Origin: Sulfuriferula plumbiphila | Lineage (GTDB): Bacteria; Pseudomonadota; Gammaproteobacteria; Burkholderiales; Sulfuriferulaceae | Assembly: GCF_009938015.1 (NCBI RefSeq) | Contig: NZ_AP021884.1 | Location: 2,504,585 to 2,544,584, forward strand | Direction: 5' to 3' | DNA length: 40,000 nt | Part shown: positions 1-9,515 of the stretch, in pieces | Position numbering within the stretch: position 1 is the stretch's first letter | How the letters are laid out: every line of letters starts with the position of its first letter | Made by a program: the position numbers and the translations under genes | Notes under the pieces: generated by a model | What the model was told of the DNA's origin: nothing | The model's database searches: none | What the model saw: only the letters and a program-made list of their open reading frames with translations

Positions 1-1224
1 GCTGCCAACCGAAATGCACTCTTCCAGCTTGGCCACAAAAAGCCGGCCGATCTGGTGGGTCTCCAGTTGCGCGACCTGTTCAATACCGGCATGGCTGCCC
101 TGCTTGGTGGCAAGAGCCATGGCTGGCTTAACCCAGTACCATTCTATGAAGCTCGCCAAGGCAACCGTTTCTTTGGTCTGGTTAATCCACCAGAGAACCG
201 CTCTGTCTCCGGGGGCGCCTTACAGCGCAACGCCTCACCAGCGATCGCCGCCCCAGGCAAAGCCAGGATTGTACGTCTGACTGACCTGCAATTCGGTGAT
301 CAGACCATGGAATACAATGTGCGCTGTGTCAAACGGGTTCTAGACCGGGACATTCCCATTCTGCTTTCCGGCGAGACTGGTACCGGTAAGGAAATTTTCG
401 CCCATGCCATTCACGACGAACAAGTCGGCGAGGGACGTCCTTTTGTTGCGGTAAATTGCGCATCCATCCCGGAAACCCTGATTGAAAGCGAACTGTTTGG
501 CTATAAACCCGGCGCCTTCACCGGTGCCAGCAGGGAAGGTCGCCGCGGCAAGATTCTCCAGGCCAGCGGTGGAACCCTGTTCCTGGACGAAATCGGCGAC
601 ATGCCAGTCATGCTGCAGGCCCGTCTACTACGAGTGCTGGAGGAGCGTGAAGTCATTCCGCTGGGGGGTGAAACGCCGGTCAAAATTGACATCAAGCTGA
701 TCAGCGCTACCCACCGCAACTTGAAAGAACTCGTGGCGCAAGGCCGCTTCAGAGAAGACCTCTATTACCGCCTGCAGGGCATTACCCTGAATCTCCCCCC
801 GCTGCGTGAACGCCAGGACAAGCGCGAACTGATACACCACATCCTGTCACTGGAATGCAGTGACAAAGAGAATGTCAATCTCAGCGAAGGTGCCCTGCGC
901 AAATTGGAAGCGCACCCCTGGCCAGGCAATATCCGCCAATTGCGCAATGTGTTGCGCACTGCCCTTGCGCTGCACGATGGTTATGAAATCACAATTTATG
1001 ATCTGCCGGAGGAAATCAGCCAGCTAACGCCATCATCGCGCCCGGAGCGTCCTGAGGAGGCCCAACTATCCGCTCTGGAAATAGCCGAAAGCAATACCAT
1101 CCTGAAGGTATTGGAGAATTGCCGCTGGAATGTCACACTGGCAGCCCGGCACCTCAAAGTCAGTCGCAACACCCTGTACCGGAAGATGAATAATCTCAAG
1201 ATCCGCATCAACAAGGAGGAATGA
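1..1224 (+). CDS. sigma-54-dependent transcriptional activator (bacterial enhancer-binding protein, AcoR/NtrC-type); 5' end lies outside the window
   Basis: The frame is open from nt 1. The AAA+ core has Walker A GETGTGKE, the sigma-54 contact loop in GYKPGAFTGA, and FLDEIGD. The C-terminus has a Fis-type HTH (AARHLKVSRNTLYRKM). The stop is at 1222-1224. Confidence 0.85.
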   Translation, partial: AANRNALFQLGHKKPADLVGLQLRDLFNTGMAALLGGKSHGWLNPVPFYEARQGNRFFGLVNPPENRSVSGGALQRNASPAIAAPGKARIVRLTDLQFGDQTMEYNVRCVKRVLDRDIPILLSGETGTGKEIFAHAIHDEQVGEGRPFVAVNCASIPETLIESELFGYKPGAFTGASREGRRGKILQASGGTLFLDEIGDMPVMLQARLLRVLEEREVIPLGGETPVKIDIKLISATHRNLKELVAQGRFREDLYYRLQGITLNLPPLRERQDKRELIHHILSLECSDKENVNLSEGALRKLEAHPWPGNIRQLRNVLRTALALHDGYEITIYDLPEEISQLTPSSRPERPEEAQLSALEIAESNTILKVLENCRWNVTLAARHLKVSRNTLYRKMNNLKIRINKEE

Positions 1225-1535
1225 CTTGCTGCCATCTCCCTTCGCCACCTGGATCAAGGCCGTTGACCTGGGTTTCAACTCTGCTCATATCATCACTTAT
1301 TGCAATTTCGGCGAAAATCTCCAGCCTCATCATTTCCGCCGCGTAACTGCCCATAGAAGAGATGATTTTGCTGATGGAGCTTATCGCCTGTACATCAACG
1401 AGCGTCTCAGCGCGACCCAGCACCGAAAAACTCTGGCCAAGGGCGTCTGTCTGCCGAAAGTGCGCGTGGAGGAAGCCAAACACCAATGTGACATTTCACG
1501 CCCTATCATCCGACAGGGTGTCCCAGGCGGGATCC

Positions 1536-2093
1536 ATGACTAAGCCCGACACGCCGCGTATCGCCTGGGGCCTCACCGGTTCAGGTCATTATCTGCGCGA
1601 AAGCCTGGAAATCATCGAAAACCTGCCCGAGGTGGACCTTTTCGTTACCAAGGCAGCAACCGAAGTGCTCAACATGTACGGTATCCCGTTAAAGACCTTG
1701 AGCGAGAAAAGACGGGTTTACCAAGATCACACTGCCAGCAGCGTGCCGGTGGGCTTCCTCTACACTGGCCACTACCACATCCTGATCATCGGCCCGGCCA
1801 CCTCCAACACCGTGGCCAAATGTGTGGCTGGCATTTCCGACACCCTGGTCACCAATCTCTACGCCCAGGCCGGCAAATGCCACATCCACTCCATCGTGTT
1901 CGCCTGCGACAGTGAACCTACGGTCATCACCGAAGCCCCTGATCGTACCGTCATGGTTTATCCCCGTCCCATCGACCTGGAAAACACGCAACGTCTCAAG
2001 ACCTTTCCCTATACCACAGTGGTGGAAAGCATAGCGGCCCTCAAGACGGCCCTCAACCAACCACTGGCATGCCTGAACACATCCTATTCCTGA
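1536..2093 (+). CDS. flavoprotein of the AfpA / PPC-decarboxylase-like family (H4MPT-cluster flavoprotein, candidate dihydromethanopterin reductase)
   Basis: An internal ATG at 1536 gives MTKPDTPRIAWGLTGSGHYL, the typical flavoprotein N-terminal G-x-T-G-S-G nucleotide loop. The product is 185 aa. The upstream part of the listed ORF (1362-1535) looks non-coding. Confidence 0.7.
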   Translation: MTKPDTPRIAWGLTGSGHYLRESLEIIENLPEVDLFVTKAATEVLNMYGIPLKTLSEKRRVYQDHTASSVPVGFLYTGHYHILIIGPATSNTVAKCVAGISDTLVTNLYAQAGKCHIHSIVFACDSEPTVITEAPDRTVMVYPRPIDLENTQRLKTFPYTTVVESIAALKTALNQPLACLNTSYS

Positions 2094-3469
2094 CCGGCCG
2101 CCTAGCCGAGCCGCAACTCAAACGCGTGCTCACCAGCCTGGGCGACGCCGAATTTACCTGGAGCGTGCATGTGCTCGGCTTGCAAGTGGCCGGCTTGATG
2201 ACCGCGGACATGATCCGGCGCCGCTTGACGGATACCCAGGGCGCCGACCGCATCCTGGTGCCAGGCCGTTGCCGGGGCGATCTTGCGGCCCTGTCCAGCC
2301 ACTTCGGCATCCCCGTGGAACGAGGGCCGGACGAACTCATGGACCTGCCCGAATTCTTCGGCCGGCAACGCCATGCGCCCGACCTGACACGACACGACGT
2401 CACCCTGTTCGCCGAACTGGTGGACGCCCCGCGCATGAGCGTCGATGCCATTCTGGCCCAGGCCGCCGCTTACGCCGCCGACGGCGCCGACGTCATCGAC
2501 ATCGGCGGCTTGCCCCAGACCCATTTCCCCCACTTGGAAGAGGTCGTGCAGGCCCTCAAAGCCGAGGGCTACCGGGTCAGCGTCGATTCCCTGGACCCCG
2601 ACGAACTCCTGCGCGGCGGCCGCGCCGGCGCCGACTACCTGCTTTCCCTGACCCTGGACACCCTGCACCTGGCCGACGAGGTGGCGTCCATACCGGTACT
2701 CATTCCCGCCCACCACGGCGATCTGGACAACTTGATTGCCGCCATGGAACGGCTGGAGGCCAAAAACAAACCCTATCTGGCTGACCCGATCCTGGATCCG
2801 CTTCCCTTCGGCTTTGCTGCGTCCCTGGCCCGTTACCATGAACTGCGCCGACGCATGCCTCAGGCTGAAATCCTCATGGGTACCGGCAATGTCTCCGAAC
2901 TCACCGATGCCGACACCCCTGGCATCCATGCCCTGCTCTTGGGGATCATGGCAGAATTGAATATCCACGCCCTGCTCACCACCCAGGTCAGCCCCCACTG
3001 CCGCAGTGCCGTGCGCGAAATCGACGCCGCCCGCCGCCTCATGTTCGCCGCCCGCGAGGCACAGAGCCTGCCGCGAGACATTTCAGACGCCCTGCTCGGT
3101 CTGCGCCACCGCAAGCCTTTTCCCTATGCCTCGCATGAAATCGCTGCCATGGCCAGCGCAGTTAGGGACCCCAACTTCCGCATCCAGGTCAGCCAGACAG
3201 GAATTCATATTTACAACCGCGACGGCCTGCACATCGCTACCGATCCCTTTGATCTCTGGCCGCATCTCCAGCTGGAACACGACGGCAGCCACGCCTTCTA
3301 CCTGGGTGTGGAACTCGCCCGCGCCCAAATCGCCTGGCAACTTGGCAAGCGCTACAACCAGGACGAGGAACTCGCCTGGGGCTGCATGCTGCCACGCCAG
3401 GCGCAGGACCTGAACACTCATTGCGCCCCCGGCAGCACCCTCCGCAAGACACCGACCGAACCATCATGA
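2069..3469 (+). CDS. dihydropteroate-synthase-like pterin-binding protein (H4MPT biosynthesis type, with an N-terminal extra domain)
   Basis: The product is 466 aa. A central pterin-binding-barrel-like segment reads ADGADVIDIGG ... GYRVSVDSLDP ... LMGTGNVSELTDAD. It lies in an H4MPT gene context and overlaps the upstream gene by 25 nt. Confidence 0.75.
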   Translation: MPEHILFLTGRLAEPQLKRVLTSLGDAEFTWSVHVLGLQVAGLMTADMIRRRLTDTQGADRILVPGRCRGDLAALSSHFGIPVERGPDELMDLPEFFGRQRHAPDLTRHDVTLFAELVDAPRMSVDAILAQAAAYAADGADVIDIGGLPQTHFPHLEEVVQALKAEGYRVSVDSLDPDELLRGGRAGADYLLSLTLDTLHLADEVASIPVLIPAHHGDLDNLIAAMERLEAKNKPYLADPILDPLPFGFAASLARYHELRRRMPQAEILMGTGNVSELTDADTPGIHALLLGIMAELNIHALLTTQVSPHCRSAVREIDAARRLMFAAREAQSLPRDISDALLGLRHRKPFPYASHEIAAMASAVRDPNFRIQVSQTGIHIYNRDGLHIATDPFDLWPHLQLEHDGSHAFYLGVELARAQIAWQLGKRYNQDEELAWGCMLPRQAQDLNTHCAPGSTLRKTPTEPS

Positions 3470-4038
3470 GCCTGATCCACGAAGCCATCCTTACCACCGC
3501 CACCCTTGACGGCGGCACTCACATTGCCCCCCTGGGTTTCCGTCGCGAGGGGGCATACATCGTCCTGGCGCCCTTCCATCCCTCCCGCACCTTGGATAAC
3601 CTGCGCGCCACCGGCGTGGCCGCGCTCAGCCATACCGACGACGTGCGCGTGTTCGCTGGCTGCCTCACCGGTCGGCGGGAATGGCCACTGACACCCTGCG
3701 CGCATATCCCCTGTGGCCGACTGGGTAACGCCCTGAGCCACAGCGAACTGAATGTGATACGGGTGGAGGAAGACAGCGTGCGTCCCCGCTTCTATTGCCG
3801 GGAAGTGGCTAGCCATAACCATGCCCCGTTCCCGGGGCATAATCGGGCACAGGCCGCCGTCATCGAAGCCTGCATCCTGATAAGCCGGCTCGGCATGCTG
3901 CCCATGGACAAACTCGAACGGGAAATGGCCTACCTTGCCATCGCCATCGAAAAGACGGCCGGGCCACATGAAATGGAAGCCTGGGGCTGGCTAAAAGAGA
4001 AGATCGAGGCTCATCGGGCGGCGGAGAGGGTCGCATGA
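3466..4038 (+). CDS. DUF447-family protein (conserved H4MPT-cluster protein, FMN-binding split-barrel-like)
   Basis: The ATG at 3466 is embedded in an ATGA overlap with the upstream stop. The N-terminus MSLIHEAILTTATLDGGTHIAPLGF matches my recollection of DUF447 proteins. Confidence 0.7.
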   Translation: MSLIHEAILTTATLDGGTHIAPLGFRREGAYIVLAPFHPSRTLDNLRATGVAALSHTDDVRVFAGCLTGRREWPLTPCAHIPCGRLGNALSHSELNVIRVEEDSVRPRFYCREVASHNHAPFPGHNRAQAAVIEACILISRLGMLPMDKLEREMAYLAIAIEKTAGPHEMEAWGWLKEKIEAHRAAERVA

Positions 4039-4730
4039 CCGGCTGGCTGGCCAGCATCACCGGCATTGAGGAAGCGCGCCTGGCGCTTGCCGCCGGCGCC
4101 CACATCATCGATGCCAAGAACCCCCATGCCGGTGCCCTGGGCGCCCTGACCCATGCGACCGTGCACGCCCTCGTTGCCGAGGTGGCAGGCCGGGTACCCG
4201 TCAGCGCCACCATTGGCGACTTCCCCACCATGGACCCCCTGGCTGTGACTGGGGCCGTGGCCGAGATGGCAGCCACAGGCGTGGATTTCGTGAAAATCGG
4301 CTTGTTTCCTTCTCCCGCCTTGGCTGACTGTCTGGACGCCCTGGCTTCCCTGGCCCGTCAATACCGCCTGGTGGCCGTACTGTTCGCCGACCGGAACCCG
4401 GATCTGCAACTCCCTGCCCGGCTCGCCGCCATCGGATTCAACGGCGTCATGCTCGATACGGCGGACAAAACGGGTGGCGGCCTGCTTGCTCATCAGCCTG
4501 TGGCACGCCTGGCGGAATTTGTGGAGCAGGCCCGCTACTTGCATCTACTCAGCGGCCTGGCCGGCTCGTTGAAGCTCGCCGACATCCCCGTTCTGATGCC
4601 CCTCAAGCCAGATTACCTGGGCTTTCGCGGTGCCTTGTGCCATGGGCATACCCGCACCCATACCTTGAACACCAGCGCCATCGCGACGCTCGCTAAGGCC
4701 ATGGAAAAACAGGCGGCCCTGGAAAGATAA
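4035..4730 (+). CDS. mfnB: (5-formylfuran-3-yl)methyl phosphate synthase (methanofuran biosynthesis)
   Basis: The N-terminus WLASITGIEEARLALAAGAHIIDAKNPHAGALGA and FVKIGLF fit the MfnB (former DUF556) aldolase-barrel family. It has an ATGA overlap with the upstream gene. Confidence 0.8.
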   Translation: MTGWLASITGIEEARLALAAGAHIIDAKNPHAGALGALTHATVHALVAEVAGRVPVSATIGDFPTMDPLAVTGAVAEMAATGVDFVKIGLFPSPALADCLDALASLARQYRLVAVLFADRNPDLQLPARLAAIGFNGVMLDTADKTGGGLLAHQPVARLAEFVEQARYLHLLSGLAGSLKLADIPVLMPLKPDYLGFRGALCHGHTRTHTLNTSAIATLAKAMEKQAALER

Positions 4731-4741
4731 CACTTAACCAC

Positions 4742-6103
4742 TCAAGCCAGACAAGCGTCGGCCGCAGCTCCCAGGCGCGCCAGAATCTCCCCCATCCACT
4801 CGTGGTGTTCCGGCTTCATCAGGCAAGCGCGCAGGCAGATGATCTCGTCCGCATCCCATAGTACGACTGGGGCGATGGATTCCAGCATGGATCGTGGAAA
4901 TGTGGCCAAGGCCAAGTACAGATCCCGCTCCTTCGCGGCCTGGAATACTTGCCGCGCGCGCGCCGAGGCTGCGCTGGCCGAATCAGCGCGCACGGCCCAG
5001 GCTACGATGTCGAGTTGGGGCAAGAACAAGGGGGCGAAGCGCTGATCCCGCGCCAGCGCCTGATACAAGGCCAGCGCGGCCTCGCGGCCGGTCTCCAGAT
5101 TGCGGGCGAAGCCGCCGCCGGGAGTCAGGGGAAACATGCGCTGGGTGGTCCATAGCGCAACAGCCGCTGCCCCGGGACGGGAGCACTCCAACGAGATTTC
5201 TCCCAGGTGGGGATCGGAGGAACCCAGGTAGGTATAGGGCGAATCGTGCTGGTAGTAGTGTTTCACGCCAACGTCCCTGAACAGTACACAGCCGCAACCG
5301 TAAGGCTGGAGCCCGTGCTTGTGGGGGTCCACGGCGATGGAATCGGCCTGCGGGATGGCATCGAAGGCGCGCCGGGTCTCGGCATCCAGGTTGTCTGCCA
5401 GGGTGAAATAGCCACCATAGGCAGCATCCACATGGAGCCGGAAAGCGTGGCGCGCGCGCAGGGCGAGGATTTCGTGGAGCGGATCCACGGTGCCGGCGCC
5501 AGTGGTGCCGAGCGTGGCGACCACGGTACCGATCTCTCCATCGCGCAGCCTATCTTCCAGCGCTGCCATATCCATGCGCCCATGCTGATCCACCGGGATG
5601 GCGCGGAATGGCACACCCAGCACACCGGACAACCGCTCGTGGGTATAATGAGCCTGGGTCGAGGCGGCAATGGCCTTGCCGGGACGAAGCTCGCGCGCGA
5701 TCCAGAGCGCTTCGAAATTGGCCAGTGTGCCGCCGCTACACAAGTGACCCAGGTGGGTATCCCATCCGAACATGCGCGCGATCTGAGCCACCGCCTCCTG
5801 TTCCATGAGCGAACTTGCGCGACCGCCATCGAAGGCGTGGTTGTTGGGGTTGAGCCAGAGCGCCAACGTGTAGGCCAGTCTAGCCACTGGGTGAGGTGGT
5901 TTGAGCATCTGCCCAACGTACAGCGGGTGGTGGTAGGGGTCGTTGTCGCGCAGGCGTTCCGCGGCCACCAGCAGCACGTCGCGTAGTGGAGCAAGGTCGA
6001 TGGGCGACGTATCACCCGGCAGGCCGCGGAAGCCGTCCTCCAGAACGCGCAGGGCTTCGTCCAGCAGGACAAGACTTTCCCGGTCAAAAGGTTTTTCCGC
6101 CAA
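4742..6103 (-). CDS. PLP-dependent group II decarboxylase (tyrosine/aspartate decarboxylase, MfnA-like)
   Basis: The product is 453 aa with the PLP-lysine motif region SIAVDPHKHGLQPYGCG. The TTG start at 6103 is preceded by GAGGA with a 7-nt spacer. It is convergent with mfnB, with an 11-nt gap. Confidence 0.75.
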   Translation of the reverse strand: MAEKPFDRESLVLLDEALRVLEDGFRGLPGDTSPIDLAPLRDVLLVAAERLRDNDPYHHPLYVGQMLKPPHPVARLAYTLALWLNPNNHAFDGGRASSLMEQEAVAQIARMFGWDTHLGHLCSGGTLANFEALWIARELRPGKAIAASTQAHYTHERLSGVLGVPFRAIPVDQHGRMDMAALEDRLRDGEIGTVVATLGTTGAGTVDPLHEILALRARHAFRLHVDAAYGGYFTLADNLDAETRRAFDAIPQADSIAVDPHKHGLQPYGCGCVLFRDVGVKHYYQHDSPYTYLGSSDPHLGEISLECSRPGAAAVALWTTQRMFPLTPGGGFARNLETGREAALALYQALARDQRFAPLFLPQLDIVAWAVRADSASAASARARQVFQAAKERDLYLALATFPRSMLESIAPVVLWDADEIICLRACLMKPEHHEWMGEILARLGAAADACLA

Positions 6104-6421
6104 AGCTGTATTTCCTCATGTATTCAGGCTTGGAGGGCGCCGACAGAACCAGTGGCAAATTGACTTTTGCCCTAAACAAACCCTGTACCACCCGTTCGAT
6201 CTTCGGATAGTTCAAATCCACGTCCGCCAACGCCACTGTAAGACAATACGGCCTGATCTGCGATAGCCGTTCCCGGATAGATCGGGTTTCGACCTGCCAG
6301 GTTTCCAGACCGGTTTCGGGATTGCGAGTGGCATCGGCAGCAACGATGGGTCATCCACCGTACCAATAGCAACAAATCTGAATCTGCATTTTTGACTCAA
6401 GCGTTCTATGAAGGGCATCGA

Positions 6422-7003
6422 TCAGACCGGATGAGCTAACCACTCACCAAACACAGGGGCTTCCTGTCGGCCTAACAAATGAATCGGTTTCCCAAACGCT
6501 TTGGCGAAATGAGGAAAGGCTGTGTCGACCCAGCCTGCCAAAGCCAGTGCCCGGGGATCGATATCTACAGGGACTGTGTGCTTGACCAGGGCTAAGGCCT
6601 CTGCCCCCAGGCGAGCGGCCAGCCAGGCAGCCAGACTATCAGAAGTGACGGACCAGCTTTCCGGGATGTCGGCGGCGCCAACACATAGGGAAGAAGGCAG
6701 CCAGACGGGGGTTCGGCCCCGTACCAACACCCTGGCGATGTCCTCCGGATCACTGGCAGGAATCAGACCAGGTTCGAGAGCGCACAGCATCAGTCCATAC
6801 TGCTCCATGGCGAGCAAAGCCATGTGATGAGCTGCAGCGTCCGTAAACCCCCAGCGTGCCTGGGCGGCCCGTACCGCATCGGCGAAAGGGCCTCCTCCGG
6901 GCACCACCACGATGCGCCCGCCCGCCCGGGCCAGTACCTGTAACCAGTCTGCAAGCTCCGGCGCCTCATGCAGGTTGCCACCCAGCTTCACGACCCGGAG
7001 CAT
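6422..7003 (-). CDS. amino-acid-kinase-fold protein (uridylate/aspartate kinase-like; candidate MfnE-type furan-phosphate kinase)
   Basis: MLRVVKLGGNL ... IVVVPGGGPFAD is the typical AA_kinase N-terminal signature. The product is 193 aa. Its start overlaps the pabB stop by 16 nt. Confidence 0.65.
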   Translation of the reverse strand: MLRVVKLGGNLHEAPELADWLQVLARAGGRIVVVPGGGPFADAVRAAQARWGFTDAAAHHMALLAMEQYGLMLCALEPGLIPASDPEDIARVLVRGRTPVWLPSSLCVGAADIPESWSVTSDSLAAWLAARLGAEALALVKHTVPVDIDPRALALAGWVDTAFPHFAKAFGKPIHLLGRQEAPVFGEWLAHPV

Positions 7004-8382
7004 AGCTCACCGGCCTCCCCCCCTCCGTATTCCCTGACCAGACGCAACATGGCTGCCGCCTTGTCCAGGCACTCCTGGTATTCCTCGTCAGCCCGGGAAT
7101 CTGCAACGATGCCACCACCGGCCCAGAAACGCAGTTGGCTATCGGAACTGACCATAGTACGAATGGCGATGTTGCTGTCCATGTCGCCGTTGAAACCCAA
7201 CCAGCCCACCGCACCACAGTAAACCCCACGCCGATGGGGCTCCAACTCCTCGATAATCTCCATGGCCCGCAGCTTGGGCGCCCCGGTGATGGAGCCACCT
7301 GGAAAGGCGGCACGTAGCAGGGCCACAGCATCCACGCCATCGGCCAGATGGCCGGTGACGGTGCTGACCAAGTGGTGTACGGTGGCAAAGCTCTCGATTT
7401 CGAACAGCCGAGGCACAGCCACGGAGCTGGGTGTGCAGACCTTGCCCAGGTCGTTGCGCAGCAAGTCTACGATCATCAGATTCTCGGCCCGATCTTTTTC
7501 GCTGCGCTTGAGTTCCCTGGCCAGAGCCGAATCCGCCTCCGGAGCGGCGGCGCGCGGACGGGTGCCTTTGATGGGCTTGGTTTCCACCCGACCCTGTTTC
7601 ACTTCCAGAAAACGTTCCGGCGATGAGGACAGGATTCGCGCGCCGGGATGGTTGAGATAGGCCGAATAGGGAGCCGGGTTGAGCCGACGCAGAGCCTGGT
7701 AGCCCAGCCAGTGATCGCCGGACACCGGGACGGAGAAACGTTGGGCCAGGTTAACCTGATAACAGTCGCCAGCAGCGATGTAGCGCTGGATGCGAGAAAA
7801 CGCCTGCTGGTAGGCGCTCCGGTCGAAATTGATCGAAACCTCGCCGGTAACCCGGAACGGACACCGGAATTCTGGCAACGGCGGATCGGAAAACAAGGCG
7901 AGCAAGCCGTTCCAATCCGCTTCGGTACGGGGATCGCGGCCAGCGGCAACCAGCCAGCTCTCGCCCCGCTCGTGATCCACCACTGCGGCCCAATCGTAGA
8001 GACCCACTGCCATTTCCGGGATAGCTTCGGCGTCGCGGGATTTGGTTGGCAGGCGCTCGATGCGCCGGCCAAGGTCGTAGGCAAAGTAGCCGATGGCCCC
8101 ACCGGCGAAGGGCAGCGGCGTGGGTTGGCCATCCGCCGCCAGATAATGACGTAGCAATTTAAAAGGATCGGCAGGAGAGAGGGTGACTTCGCCGAACCTG
8201 CGGATCTCGGTCATGCCGCCCCGTGTAACCAGAGTGGCATAAGGCCGCGCCGCCAGGATGTCCATGCGCCCAGCGGTGGAACGCGGACGGGCGCTGTCCA
8301 GGAACACAGCCCAGGGTTCGTCGGCAATGGCTTCGAACAGTTCGGCACTGTCCGGACGATAGGGGATCGACGTCAGGTACAT
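6988..8382 (-). CDS. pabB: aminodeoxychorismate synthase component I
   Basis: It has the chorismate-binding fold with the C-terminal motif FPGGSITGAPKLRAMEIIEELE ... RGVYCGAVG. I moved the start to the ATG at 8382 because AAGGAG lies 6 nt upstream. PabB versus TrpE was decided by context only. Confidence 0.8.
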   Translation of the reverse strand: MYLTSIPYRPDSAELFEAIADEPWAVFLDSARPRSTAGRMDILAARPYATLVTRGGMTEIRRFGEVTLSPADPFKLLRHYLAADGQPTPLPFAGGAIGYFAYDLGRRIERLPTKSRDAEAIPEMAVGLYDWAAVVDHERGESWLVAAGRDPRTEADWNGLLALFSDPPLPEFRCPFRVTGEVSINFDRSAYQQAFSRIQRYIAAGDCYQVNLAQRFSVPVSGDHWLGYQALRRLNPAPYSAYLNHPGARILSSSPERFLEVKQGRVETKPIKGTRPRAAAPEADSALARELKRSEKDRAENLMIVDLLRNDLGKVCTPSSVAVPRLFEIESFATVHHLVSTVTGHLADGVDAVALLRAAFPGGSITGAPKLRAMEIIEELEPHRRGVYCGAVGWLGFNGDMDSNIAIRTMVSSDSQLRFWAGGGIVADSRADEEYQECLDKAAAMLRLVREYGGGEAGELCSGS

Positions 8383-8440
8383 AAAAAGCTCCTTTTGATC
8401 TTGTAGCATGCGGTGGTGAAATTCACCGGCATGAACGCAG

Positions 8441-9469
8441 CTACTTGCACTTTTTTTCTCCTGCCAGCAGCCAACCTACCGCCACCGCCGGCGCGCACCA
8501 GTCGACTTTCCCCGACATGGAATCCGCCGTCAACAGTTGTGAGAAATTCATGACCGGCCGTCCAAGCCGTGCCGCCAGCCGTTCTCCCAGGAACGCCCCG
8601 GTCCCGGCAATTACCAGAGGGGCATTCGGTTCCAGCAGTCCCCGGGACAGCACCTGCCGCGCAGCGCGGCTGATCCTCTCCAACTGGGCATTGGCGAACC
8701 AGGCTGCCAACTCGGCCCAGGCACCCTCCGGCAGGGCGCAGGCATCCCGGCCCATCATGCGGGCCAAGCGGGCACGGCTGGCTTCAGCTGTTTTGGGGCC
8801 GCCGTCCGCGCTGTCCTGCTGGTCGGCCGTCTCGGGCAACCAGCCCAGCACCCGGTAGACATCTGCACTGGTGGCGAAATGCTCCGCCATGAGGGGCGCC
8901 CAACGTCCGGCCACAGGGGCCTCGGCGGCCAAAGCCATGACTGGCGTGCGCACCACGCCAGTGTAGACCAGCTCACCGGCTACCAGACGGTCGCTGTCAC
9001 TGGTGCTGAAGGTGGCCACCCCCCCGTCGCGTATCGGTATGATGTCAGTGGTGGTGCTGCCGATATCGACCAGTAGCCCGTCGTCCAAGCGCGTCGCCAC
9101 CAGGTGGGCGGAGGCATGCCAGTTGGCGGAAGCCACCTGCTCTGCGTGCAGGCGAGTGGCGTCGGCATCAAGCCACCCCAGCGCGCCGCCATAGAAGCGC
9201 ACCCGGTCGCTCCCCAAGCGTTGGCACAACACGTCCACCAGAGCATGTACACCTGACCGGCGGGTCTTGAACAGGTCAGTCATTTCGCCTGTCATGGTAA
9301 CGGCATGCCAGGCCAGCGGCGTGCTCTCTGCCAGTATCCGGTCTATGGCCGCATGCAGGTGTTCCAGACCACGCCACAGGGGACAGGCCTCCTGCCAGAC
9401 TCCGGATATCCGGTCATTCCCCTCTACCCGGGCTGCTTTCAGGTGCGCACCGCCCACATCCCAGCCCAT
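8441..9469 (-). CDS. hydantoinase/oxoprolinase-like H4MPT/MFR-pathway protein (candidate MfnF-type)
   Basis: MGWDVGGAHLKAA ... LLVDIGSTTTDIIP is an actin-like ATPase (hydantoinase A) signature. The start at 9469 has GGGGAG upstream. An alternative ATG at 9526 also has GGAG and would overlap the upstream gene. Confidence 0.7.
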   Translation of the reverse strand: MGWDVGGAHLKAARVEGNDRISGVWQEACPLWRGLEHLHAAIDRILAESTPLAWHAVTMTGEMTDLFKTRRSGVHALVDVLCQRLGSDRVRFYGGALGWLDADATRLHAEQVASANWHASAHLVATRLDDGLLVDIGSTTTDIIPIRDGGVATFSTSDSDRLVAGELVYTGVVRTPVMALAAEAPVAGRWAPLMAEHFATSADVYRVLGWLPETADQQDSADGGPKTAEASRARLARMMGRDACALPEGAWAELAAWFANAQLERISRAARQVLSRGLLEPNAPLVIAGTGAFLGERLAARLGRPVMNFSQLLTADSMSGKVDWCAPAVAVGWLLAGEKKCK

Positions 9470-9515
9470 CACGGTCTCCCCTGTTTCTTGAGCGATCGGC
9501 TCGACCAGCCGGGAG

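Noticed and set aside
1268-1285. CTGGGTTTCAACTCTGCT as a sigma-54 promoter upstream of the flavoprotein operon
   Set aside because: Only the GG and GC dinucleotides and their spacing match. The flanking consensus positions do not, so the match is too weak to call.
2102-2998. Long antisense or out-of-frame ORFs opposite real genes. These are 2102-2998, 5207-5986, 5263-6087, 7599-8132, 17817-18509, 20688-21500, 22858-23775, 24162-24839 and 25190-26032, plus many shorter ones.
   Set aside because: - Each lies within a gene that has clear family motifs in another frame or strand.
- Their translations are Arg/Gly/Pro/Ala-rich with no recognisable motifs.
- This is typical of GC-rich shadow ORFs.
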